This document shows, in pieces, positions 1-7,151 of a stretch of DNA of 52,773 nucleotides. The stretch is from Nitrospirota bacterium. Its GTDB lineage: Bacteria > Nitrospirota > Thermodesulfovibrionia > Thermodesulfovibrionales > SM23-35. Where the stretch lies: contig JBFLXE010000001.1 in the NCBI GenBank assembly GCA_040757455.1, positions 1 to 52,773 on the forward strand, given 5' to 3'. The translations under genes were made by a program, and so were the position numbers. The notes below the pieces were generated by a model that made no database searches, was not told where the DNA came from, and was given only the letters and a program-made list of their open reading frames with translations. Each line of letters starts with the position of its first letter. Position 1 is the first letter of the stretch.

Positions 1-20
1 GCTTATTTTCTGTGAGATAA

Positions 21-410
21 TTATGTAATGTAACTGCTGCTTTCATATCGCTTGCTTTTATTTTTTCTTGTGTCGCCCCTTATTCCCTGAAAATATTGTC
101 TGTTATTGAACAGCCTTTCCTTATTATATTCATTCACCACCTGATTAACAATCCGTCTTGCAATCTCAAAGGCTGCTGCAATTCTTATAATCTTGACATC
201 CCCCAGTCCTTTAATCTCTAAAAACTTCTCAAGTGGCTGATTGGCCATCCCTTTAAAGGAGCCGAATTTATCGAGGATTTCATATGCAACTTTTTCAGCT
301 GGTTTGCCTTTTGTACCGGTAGAGATCAGAATTGACAATAATTCAGCATCTGTTAAAAATTCAGCGCCAAGTTCTCTTAACTTGCCACCAGGATGTGTCC
401 AAGTTTTCAT
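21..410 (-). CDS. RadC-like protein with the N-terminal helix-hairpin-helix region only (no JAB/MPN domain); possible truncated remnant
   Basis: The translation carries the RadC/UPF0758 N-terminal signature (LTDAELLSILISTGTKGK ... IKGLGDVKIIRIAAAFEIARRI) but stops at 129 aa. The last ~35 aa are low complexity, and no HNHPSG-type JAB motif appears in any frame of the remaining ~130 nt. Confidence 0.55.
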   Translation of the reverse strand: MKTWTHPGGKLRELGAEFLTDAELLSILISTGTKGKPAEKVAYEILDKFGSFKGMANQPLEKFLEIKGLGDVKIIRIAAAFEIARRIVNQVVNEYNKERLFNNRQYFQGIRGDTRKNKSKRYESSSYIT

Positions 411-429
411 AAAATTTTTACAGGTTCAC

Positions 430-642
430 CTATATCTTCAGTTTTCGTCTCCTGTAACCGACGGCGATAAAGTCATTCTCTTCCCGATCTTTAATTTTCT
501 TTAGTCCTAATCTGAGCAGTATCTCTCTTTCCTCCGGGTCCCTCTTAGTTGTCTTTTTATACCGTTTTAATCCCATAGCATCTATCTGGAGGAGAACCTC
601 AACGGGTGATATTTCTTCATATGCTTTTATTCTTTTTCTCAC
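430..642 (-). CDS. hypothetical small basic protein (70 aa) coupled to the upstream NTase-fold gene
   Basis: Its start overlaps the stop of 639..1226 by 4 nt. It is Lys/Arg-rich and I recognise no family. Confidence 0.4.
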   Translation of the reverse strand: MRKRIKAYEEISPVEVLLQIDAMGLKRYKKTTKRDPEEREILLRLGLKKIKDREENDFIAVGYRRRKLKI

Positions 643-1226
643 CGTTTCTCTTCCCTGTTCTTCACTTTGAGAAGCTCCGCTAAGACGTTATTTTCCGGCA
701 ACACGGCCTTCTTTTCAAGGTACTGCCAATCGAGTTCCTTCCCGTATCGCACAATCATGAGTTCGACCATTTCACAGTCAATTTCCGATTTCCAGTGTTT
801 GCAGGCATTCAACCGGTCTATGATCAGGTCTTCAACTCCGATGATCCTGCACCGAAGTTCGTCTCCAAGCTCAACAATCTCAACAGGCGAATCTTCTCCA
901 ACAAGCATCGATGCAGGCACTTCTATTGCCATCTTCAGATCTTCACTTACCCAATATCTTCCCCGCTTGATGAATCCGACATCCTTCAAAACCCCGTCCA
1001 ATGATTCCCGATCGGAATATGCCAGGTCTATATCGGCAGTGAAATAGACCTCCCGGGAATAATATGATAATGCACATCCTCCGATAACCGTAGGCACATC
1101 CTTTCCCTGTTCCTCAAGAAGCTTTGATAGCAATCCAACCATGAGTAACTGCCTCTTCAGTGGCGATTCCGTCTGCCGGATCTTTTCGAGTATTTCTTCA
1201 GTATTCATGAGTTTCATCTTACCCAA
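639..1226 (-). CDS. minimal nucleotidyltransferase-fold protein (AbiEii / DUF2204 / DUF6036-like)
   Basis: VIGGCALSYYSREVYFTADIDLAY fits the GG-x(n)-D-x-D pattern of Pol-beta-superfamily minimal NTases. The start is uncertain (TTG 1226, ATG 1217 or ATG 1208). Confidence 0.5.
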   Translation of the reverse strand: MGKMKLMNTEEILEKIRQTESPLKRQLLMVGLLSKLLEEQGKDVPTVIGGCALSYYSREVYFTADIDLAYSDRESLDGVLKDVGFIKRGRYWVSEDLKMAIEVPASMLVGEDSPVEIVELGDELRCRIIGVEDLIIDRLNACKHWKSEIDCEMVELMIVRYGKELDWQYLEKKAVLPENNVLAELLKVKNREEKR

Positions 1227-1297
1227 TTCGTTCGATAACTACAAGTAATGTTGTGGGTAATATAAATGGAGAGAGAAAAAAGTGCTTTAGCGGACTG

Positions 1298-1314
1298 TTA
1301 TCAACACTTGATAA
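1298..1314. promoter_or_regulatory. inverted repeat TTATCAA-cac-TTGATAA upstream of the NTase gene; candidate operator
   Basis: A perfect 7-bp inverted repeat with a 3-nt spacer lies ~75 nt upstream of the 1226 start in otherwise non-coding AT-rich DNA. Confidence 0.25.
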
Positions 1315-1476
1315 ACCTAATACACCGCTGTTTTTATCGAAAATATATTTCTTATCAGCCAATTAGAGAAGAAATTTAACGTTCTTTTCATCATCGTGTA
1401 ACATTCTTTTGATAAGTTTTCTTAAAGTGGAAATATCAGAAGCAAAAATTCTTTTGTAAGTATGAACGGAGTAAAA

Positions 1477-1638
1477 ATGAACAGAGATGAAACGACGTGT
1501 CCTTACAATGGTGTCGATGTATGTATGGCATCATTGTCATCGATGACAATCGATAGTAAGAAAAAGGCAAGTTGCTGCTGCACAGAAGATTTTGACAATT
1601 GCCCAATTTTTTTATCAAAGGTTCTCCGGAAGGCCTGA
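1477..1638 (+). CDS. unannotated Cys-rich small protein (53 aa): MNRDETTCPYNGVDVCMASLSSMTIDSKKKASCCCTEDFDNCPIFLSKVLRKA
   Basis: My own translation; the ORF is below the 60-aa cutoff of the ORF track. GGAG at 1467-1470 sits 6 nt before ATG 1477 and the stop is TGA at 1636. It has 6 Cys including a CCC triplet and a terminal C-P-I-F motif. The opposite-strand track ORF 1436..1618 looks spurious. Confidence 0.45.
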   Translation: MNRDETTCPYNGVDVCMASLSSMTIDSKKKASCCCTEDFDNCPIFLSKVLRKA

Positions 1639-1663
1639 TGCGAATATCTGATCAAGGAGTGAA

Positions 1664-1780
1664 ATGCCCGCATATCATAAAAATAACCTTTGCGTGCAAG
1701 GCAAAAGAAAAGCTATATTTTCCGAGCTCTTTTCAGCTTCAGGAATATTGCAAAAAGAAAGAATCCTTTTTATGAGGTGA
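1664..1780 (+). CDS. possible 38-aa ORF (MPAYHKNNLCVQGKRKAIFSELFSASGILQKERILFMR)
   Basis: AAGGAG at 1654-1659 sits 4 nt before ATG 1664 and the stop is TGA at 1778-1780. The only support is the strong SD; there is no recognisable motif. Confidence 0.25.
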   Translation: MPAYHKNNLCVQGKRKAIFSELFSASGILQKERILFMR

Positions 1781-1813
1781 GCAATGGAGGAGGTTAGAAA
1801 AAGATATGAAAAT

Positions 1814-1862
1814 GTAACATAAAATTAATAAAATTGTAACACAACCGTAACAATTTTAGTTT
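1814..1862 (+). promoter_or_regulatory. Pho-box-like array plus candidate pstS promoter
   Basis: Four hexamers lie exactly 11 bp apart: GTAACA (1814), TTAATA (1825), GTAACA (1836) and GTAACA (1847). TTGTAA (1834-1839), a 17-nt spacer and TAGTTT (1857-1862) give a -35/-10 candidate ~85 nt upstream of the pstS ATG. Confidence 0.45.
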
Positions 1863-1948
1863 ATTTTAAAGCCAGAGAATGTATGCTTTTTTCGTGACGA
1901 AATAGGTTTTTCAGGTTGGAAAAATGTTTCCTGAAGAGGAGGAAAATA

Positions 1949-2761
1949 ATGAAAAAATTTCTAGCAATTTTGATAGCTACTATCGCTGTGTACTCCTTAT
2001 CAGCATTTTCATACGGTGCTGATGTAAGGATTGACGGTTCCACCACCGTCCTGCCTGTTGCACAAAAGGCGGCGGAGGTATTCATGAAGAAGAACCCTGG
2101 TGTAAAGATATATGTCTCAGGAAGCGGTTCAGGAACAGGAATTAAGGCGCTTATGGATGGTACAACCGATATTGCAACAAGCTCAAGGGAGGCAAAGGAT
2201 AAAGAGATAGCCGTAGCCAAAGGGAAAGGCGTTAACCTGACTTCGCACAAAGTTGCTCTCGACGGAATAGTGCCGGTTATCCACCCTTCTATGAAGATCG
2301 AAAATGTTACGCTTGAACAGCTCAGAGATATTTATAACGGCAAGATTAAGAGCTGGAAAGGAATCGGAGGTCCGGACAGACCCATCTCGGTGGTATCGCG
2401 GGATACGAGTTCAGGCACTTATGAGGTCTGGGAATCAAAAGTCCTGAAGGGGGACAGGGTCAGAGCCGATGCCTTGCTGGTTGCCTCCAATGGGCAGGCT
2501 GTTCAGACCATTGCAAAAAACAGGTATGCCATTGGCTATATAGGAATCGGCTATGTTGATAGGTCAATAAGGGTCCTTAAAGTTAACGGTAAAACACCAA
2601 CTCCACAAAGTGTGCGTGATAGCTCATGGCCAATTTCGAGGCCTCTTTACATGTACACGAACGGAAAGCCAGTCGGCGTCATCAAGAAGTTTATCGATTT
2701 TGTTCTATCCCCGGAGGGTCAGAAAATAGTCGAAGAAGTCAAATATGTAAGTATAAAATAA
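1949..2761 (+). CDS. pstS: phosphate ABC transporter substrate-binding protein PstS
   Basis: GAGGAGG at 1936-1942 sits 6 nt before ATG 1949. It has a signal peptide (MKKFLAILIATIAVYSLSAF), SGSGTG and SRDTSSGT phosphate-binding-type motifs, and is followed by pstCAB. Confidence 0.9.
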   Translation: MKKFLAILIATIAVYSLSAFSYGADVRIDGSTTVLPVAQKAAEVFMKKNPGVKIYVSGSGSGTGIKALMDGTTDIATSSREAKDKEIAVAKGKGVNLTSHKVALDGIVPVIHPSMKIENVTLEQLRDIYNGKIKSWKGIGGPDRPISVVSRDTSSGTYEVWESKVLKGDRVRADALLVASNGQAVQTIAKNRYAIGYIGIGYVDRSIRVLKVNGKTPTPQSVRDSSWPISRPLYMYTNGKPVGVIKKFIDFVLSPEGQKIVEEVKYVSIK

Positions 2762-2793
2762 TTTAGGATAGGCAAAGGAATTAATTTACGAAC

Positions 2794-2818
2794 GGAAAGA
2801 ACCACCCGGTTCCTTTCC
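2794..2818 (+). terminator. stem-loop just downstream of pstS (partial terminator or attenuator candidate)
   Basis: GGAAAGAACC-accc-GGTTCCTTTCC forms a 10-bp stem with one bulge, starting 33 nt after the pstS stop. There is no clean T-run. Confidence 0.3.
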
Positions 2819-2852
2819 ATGTTAATGTCTGTATATAAACAGTTAAGATAAT

Positions 2853-2980
2853 CCGTCGTCATTCCCCGACTCGATCGGGGAATCCATGGTTCGACAAGCT
2901 CACCATGACAATTGTCACCCTGAGCCTGTCGAAGGGTGGTGGATTATCCGGTCAAGCCGGATAATGACAAAATACGACGT
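2853..2980. repeat. composite palindromic (REP/MITE-like) element in the pstS-pstC spacer
   Basis: It contains three consecutive hairpins. The first is 2861-2883 (attccccg/cggggaat). The second is 2890-2933 (ttcgacaagctca/tgagcctgtcgaa enclosing the 12-nt palindrome tgacaattgtca). The third is 2943-2965 (attatccgg/ccggataat). Imperfect outer inverted repeats (cgtcgtcatt ... aatgac..cgacg) flank them. Confidence 0.7.
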
Positions 2981-3013
2981 TAGAAGCAGACTCTATTTAA
3001 AGAAGAGGGACTA

Positions 3014-4006
3014 TTGGCATTACGCTGGCAGACAAAAGAAAAGGCCATTGAGATCATTGTCAGCTCTGTCGGTCTCGTCTCGGTTATCGTTCTTTTCCTC
3101 ATCGGCTTCTTTCTTTTTAAAGAGGCATTTTATATCTTTTATAAGGCAGGAGTAACAAAAGTCATTTTTGGCGCTGACTGGTATCCCACATATGAACCGC
3201 CGGGTTTCGGAATGTTACCGCTCATTGCGGGTACCCTGGCAGTTACCATCCTTACCGCAGTTATGGCTATACCTTTAGGATTGGCAACCGCAATATATGT
3301 AGCGGAGATTGCGCATCACAGAATAAAAGAAATACTGAAACCCCTCATAGAGATGCTCGCGAGTTTCCCGTCTGTTGTTCTCGGTTTTTTTGGTATGGTG
3401 GTCATCGCACCCATCCTTTCAAACTGGTTGTCGCCCATCATTTCCGAACAACTCCCGGAGTTCCTGCGAAGCACAAACTTGCCTTTCATCTCGACCACTC
3501 TGGCTGATTTGGCATACGACAAATTTTTTATAGCCTCAGGACTCAATATTTCGACTGCCGCTCTGATGTTAACTGTAAGGGCTATTCCTGTCATATCCAG
3601 TATCGCAGAGGACGCTCTGACTGCTGTCCCCCGCACGTACCGGGAGGCTTCGTACTCTCTGGGTGCGAGTAAATGGCAGACAATATGGAGGGTGGTCATT
3701 CCGGCCTCTGTATCGGGTTTGAGTGTCGCCGTTATCCTTGGTATCGGGACAATAGTCGGTGAGACAATGATCGTATTGATGGTGGCAGGAGGTGCTGCAG
3801 TGATTCCCCACTGGATATTCGATCCAGCCAGACCGATGCCGGCAGCAATAGCTGCAGAAATGGCCGAAGCGCCCTACCGGAGTCTTCATTACCATGCGCT
3901 CTTCGGTGTCGGAGCGATTCTCTTTCTCATTACCTTTTTATTGAGCCTTGTCTCTGATATGGTATCCCGGAAATATCGCGCGGTTAGAATCGGGGAAAAG
4001 ATATGA
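3014..4006 (+). CDS. pstC: phosphate ABC transporter permease PstC
   Basis: It is a multi-TM ABC permease between pstS and pstA. The TTG start at 3014 is preceded by AGAGGGA, and the exact start is uncertain. Confidence 0.85.
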   Translation: MALRWQTKEKAIEIIVSSVGLVSVIVLFLIGFFLFKEAFYIFYKAGVTKVIFGADWYPTYEPPGFGMLPLIAGTLAVTILTAVMAIPLGLATAIYVAEIAHHRIKEILKPLIEMLASFPSVVLGFFGMVVIAPILSNWLSPIISEQLPEFLRSTNLPFISTTLADLAYDKFFIASGLNISTAALMLTVRAIPVISSIAEDALTAVPRTYREASYSLGASKWQTIWRVVIPASVSGLSVAVILGIGTIVGETMIVLMVAGGAAVIPHWIFDPARPMPAAIAAEMAEAPYRSLHYHALFGVGAILFLITFLLSLVSDMVSRKYRAVRIGEKI

Positions 4007-4905
4007 TAGAGGGCGTATCTAAGAATCGCGCGCCATCTGATTTGATCCGGGGGAAGAAAGTAAATCTCAAGGAAGGTTTTTTCCTCTCCCTTGTCAGAGT
4101 TCTCGGTTTTACAGGGGCAATAATTTTAATCATAATATTGTTTTTCGTAACATATAATGGCGTTGGTATTTTGAGCTGGCAATTCATCACACAGCCACCC
4201 GTGGATGCCATGACAAAGGGTGGTATCTTCCCGGTTATTGTCGGTACAGTGCTGCTGACAGCAATATGTATGATTGTCGTAATACCTATAGGCGTCATCA
4301 CCGCAATCTTTCTGGCCGAATATTCAAAGCCGGGGATAATTCTCAAAATGGTGATGATGTCAATATACACTCTTGCAGGCGTCCCCTCCGTGGTTTTCGG
4401 GCTCTTTGGATTGACCGTCTTTGTTGTCGCATTTAATTTCGGCATGAGCCTCCTGGCAGGTTCGTTAACACTCGCGGTCATGGTCCTTCCTTATATCATT
4501 TCGACCTCTGAAGAAGCTATTAAGGCAGTGCCTTACAGTTTCAAGGAAGCATCACTCGCCTGCGGTGCAACTAAGTGGCAGACTATAAGAAAGGTAGTTC
4601 TTCCCACTGCGATACCAGGAATCCTTACGGGATCAATACTTGGCACGGCAAAGGTTTCCGGCGAGACAGCACCGATAATGTTCACTGCTGCCGCTTTCTT
4701 TGCACCCGGCGTGCCGAGGTCTGTGTTTGAGCCTGTGATGGCCCTGCCATATCATATTTATGTCCTGGCCACCGCCGGCACGCACATCGAGGAGACAAGA
4801 CCCATACAATACGGGACGGCCCTTACACTGGTCGTTCTGGTCCTGGGCATGAATCTCCTCGGCATTATTCTCCGATCCCGCCAGAGAAAGAAAAAGGCAT
4901 GGTAG
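4003..4905 (+). CDS. pstA: phosphate ABC transporter permease PstA
   Basis: It has a 4-nt overlap with pstC. It is a multi-TM permease with the SEEAIKAVP...[13 protein letters not shown] loop typical of PstA. Confidence 0.85.
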   Translation: MIEGVSKNRAPSDLIRGKKVNLKEGFFLSLVRVLGFTGAIILIIILFFVTYNGVGILSWQFITQPPVDAMTKGGIFPVIVGTVLLTAICMIVVIPIGVITAIFLAEYSKPGIILKMVMMSIYTLAGVPSVVFGLFGLTVFVVAFNFGMSLLAGSLTLAVMVLPYIISTSEEAIKAVPYSFKEASLACGATKWQTIRKVVLPTAIPGILTGSILGTAKVSGETAPIMFTAAAFFAPGVPRSVFEPVMALPYHIYVLATAGTHIEETRPIQYGTALTLVVLVLGMNLLGIILRSRQRKKKAW

Positions 4906-5663
4906 ACGGCGAGAAGATATTTGAGATAAGAGATTTCTGTGTGTATTATGGCGACTTCAAGGCTGTGAGCAATATCAATCTTGATATAGAGGCAAATAAA
5001 ATTACGGCGATCATCGGCCCCTCAGGGTGCGGCAAATCAACACTCCTCAGAGCCCTTAACAGGATGAACGACCTAATTATCATTTCAAGAACAGAGGGAA
5101 AGATTCTCTTTAAGGGAGTGGATATCTATGATAAAAATACCGATGTCATCGAATTAAGAAAGAAGGTCGGCATGGTCTTCCAGAAACCCAACCCTTTCCC
5201 GAGTTCTGTCTATGAAAACGTTGCCTATGGGCCACGAATCAGGGGAGTGAAAAAGAAGAGCAAGCTGGATGAGATCGTCGAAAATGCGCTCATACGGGCG
5301 GACCTGTGGAAAGAGGTCAGTGACAAATTGCATGAGTCAGGTCTCAGCCTCTCAGGCGGTCAGATGCAGAGGCTTTGCATTGCAAGATCTCTTGCGCAGG
5401 AGCCGGAGGTCCTTCTTTTCGATGAGCCAACGTCGGCTCTCGATCCAATATCGACTTCCAACATAGAAAATTTGCTCCAGGAATTACAGAAGGCAATTAC
5501 TATAGTAATAGTTACTCATAATATGCAGCAGGCCGCCCGTATATCTGACTATACAGCATTCATGTACCTCGGAGAATTGATCGAATTCGGAGACACTGAT
5601 ACAATATTTGTTAATCCTCTCAACAAGCTGACCGAGGAATATATTACCGGAAGGTTCGGATAA
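4899..5663 (+). CDS. pstB: phosphate ABC transporter ATP-binding protein PstB
   Basis: It has Walker [10 protein letters not shown], the ABC signature LSGGQMQR and Walker [12 protein letters not shown], and overlaps the end of pstA. Confidence 0.95.
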   Translation: MVDGEKIFEIRDFCVYYGDFKAVSNINLDIEANKITAIIGPSGCGKSTLLRALNRMNDLIIISRTEGKILFKGVDIYDKNTDVIELRKKVGMVFQKPNPFPSSVYENVAYGPRIRGVKKKSKLDEIVENALIRADLWKEVSDKLHESGLSLSGGQMQRLCIARSLAQEPEVLLFDEPTSALDPISTSNIENLLQELQKAITIVIVTHNMQQAARISDYTAFMYLGELIEFGDTDTIFVNPLNKLTEEYITGRFG

Positions 5664-6328
5664 TGGCCATCTTCGATGAAGAATTAAATGCGTTGAGGGA
5701 AAACGTGCTTAAACTCGGCTCAATGGTTGAGGACGCAATACGTGACTCCGTAAGATCCCTCGTGGAAAGAGATAGCGACCTGGCTAAAGAGGTAATCAAA
5801 AGGGATCATCTGATTAATGCTCTTGAGGTGAAGATAGACGAGGAGTGTGTGAGGCTGATTGCCATCCGCCAGCCAATGGCAAGAGATCTCAGGCTGATAA
5901 CTACTGCCATGAAGATCACGACTGACCTGGAAAGAATGGGTGACCTGGCTGTCAATATCGCGGAAAGGGCGATCGAGTTGAACGAAGAACCTTTGTTAAA
6001 GCCTTTTGTTAACATTCCCAAAATGGCAGACATAACTCAAGGGATGGTGAGAGATGCTCTCGACGCGTTTGTAACGGGCTGTTCTGTCTTACCTTATGAG
6101 GTAATAAAAAAGGACGACGAAGTGGATGATCTGACTGTCAGAAATTTTGAAGAATTATTGGCCCTCATGATTCAGGATCCAAAAATTATTCCTTTGGCAG
6201 TGAAAAGAACTTATGTCGCCAAATACCTCGAGAGAATCGCCGACCATGCGACTAACATCGCCGAAATGATTATTTATATGTGCAAGGGAAAGATGATCAG
6301 GCATACTTCTATTATCGAAGACAAATGA
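5663..6328 (+). CDS. phoU: phosphate signalling complex protein PhoU (copy 1)
   Basis: It has a two-repeat PhoU architecture with LERMGD and LERIADHATNIAE motifs, and a TAATG overlap with pstB. Confidence 0.9.
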   Translation: MAIFDEELNALRENVLKLGSMVEDAIRDSVRSLVERDSDLAKEVIKRDHLINALEVKIDEECVRLIAIRQPMARDLRLITTAMKITTDLERMGDLAVNIAERAIELNEEPLLKPFVNIPKMADITQGMVRDALDAFVTGCSVLPYEVIKKDDEVDDLTVRNFEELLALMIQDPKIIPLAVKRTYVAKYLERIADHATNIAEMIIYMCKGKMIRHTSIIEDK

Positions 6329-6412
6329 AAAAAGGCGGGGCTTAAACTCAAAATCAAATATCAAATATCGGCTTCGGAATTTTGAAATCCGCATATCCGC
6401 TTGAAAAGGTTT

Positions 6413-7081
6413 ATGGCTATATTTGACAAAGAGCTGGCAGCATTGAAGGAACGCGTCCTCAGACTCGGGTCGATGGTAGAAATGGCAGTGAAGAATTCTG
6501 TGCACTCACTTGTCGAGCGAGACAGCACTCTGGCTGAAGACGTAATCAAGAAAGATTATCTCATCAATGCACTTGACGTCGAGATCAATGAAGAATGCAT
6601 AAGACTCATTGCCCTGAGACAACCCAAGGCAGGCGATCTCAGATTCATTATAACAACCATGAAAATCACGACAGACCTCGAAAGAATCGGTGATCTGGCT
6701 GTTAACATTGCAGAAAGGGCGTTAGAATTAAATCAGGAACCTCAACTTAAGCCCTATATAGATATTCCACGAATGGCAGAGATCTCGGAAAGCATGGTAA
6801 AAGACGCTCTTGATGCGTTCGTCAGAGGTTGCATAAAACTGCCGCATGAAGTTGTGAAAAAAGAAACCGAAGTGGACAATCTAACCGTGCAGGTCTTTAA
6901 TGAGTTACTCTTTTACATGATTCAGGATCCCCGGTTGGTAACGAGGGCGATGAGAATTACATACGTAGCAAAATATCTGGAACGCATTGCAGATCATGCC
7001 ACGAATATAGCGGAGATGGTTTTTTATCTCTGCAAAGGCAAGCTCATAAGGCATATGGCTCTTCCCGAAATGGATACATAG
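6413..7081 (+). CDS. phoU: PhoU paralogue (copy 2)
   Basis: It is collinear with copy 1 (MAIFDKELAALKERVLRLGSMVE vs [23 protein letters not shown]; LERIGD, LERIADHATNIAE). ATG 6413 aligns with the N-terminus of copy 1, and TTG 6401 is an alternative start. Confidence 0.9.
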   Translation: MAIFDKELAALKERVLRLGSMVEMAVKNSVHSLVERDSTLAEDVIKKDYLINALDVEINEECIRLIALRQPKAGDLRFIITTMKITTDLERIGDLAVNIAERALELNQEPQLKPYIDIPRMAEISESMVKDALDAFVRGCIKLPHEVVKKETEVDNLTVQVFNELLFYMIQDPRLVTRAMRITYVAKYLERIADHATNIAEMVFYLCKGKLIRHMALPEMDT

Positions 7082-7113
7082 ACTGAAATTCACCATCTGC
7101 GGGCACTTTTTTC

Positions 7114-7143
7114 TTGACAAAACATCCTCCTTTAAGGTAAAAA
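7114..7143 (+). promoter_or_regulatory. candidate sigma70-type promoter for the mltD-like gene
   Basis: TTGACA (7114-7119), an 18-nt spacer and TAAAAA (7138-7143). The ATG at 7152 has no SD. Confidence 0.3.
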
Positions 7144-7151
7144 AATCGCCG

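Noticed and set aside
1436-1618. 60-aa minus-strand ORF in the AT-rich spacer
   Set aside because: It has no RBS and an implausible composition. The opposite strand carries an SD-led Cys-rich ORF that explains the open frame better.
2886-3155. 89-aa + strand ORF (MVRQAHHDNCHPEPVEGWW...) in the pstS-pstC spacer
   Set aside because: It is read straight through the three palindromic hairpins and then runs out of frame into pstC. It has no SD, and the peptide is typical of repeat-derived pseudo-ORFs.
3316-4481. Long antisense ORFs inside pstC/pstA, with similar ones inside serA, selB, the M29 peptidase gene, relA, recJ, secD, hemA and the kinase genes
   Set aside because: Each lies fully within a well-supported gene on the other strand. 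They have no motifs or RBS and their composition mirrors the sense-strand codons. I treat them as shadow ORFs.
6329-6400. Tandem atcaaat heptamers in the phoU-phoU spacer as a repeat element or terminator
   Set aside because: There are only two copies, with no convincing stem-loop or T-run, so it cannot be distinguished from AT-rich spacer sequence.
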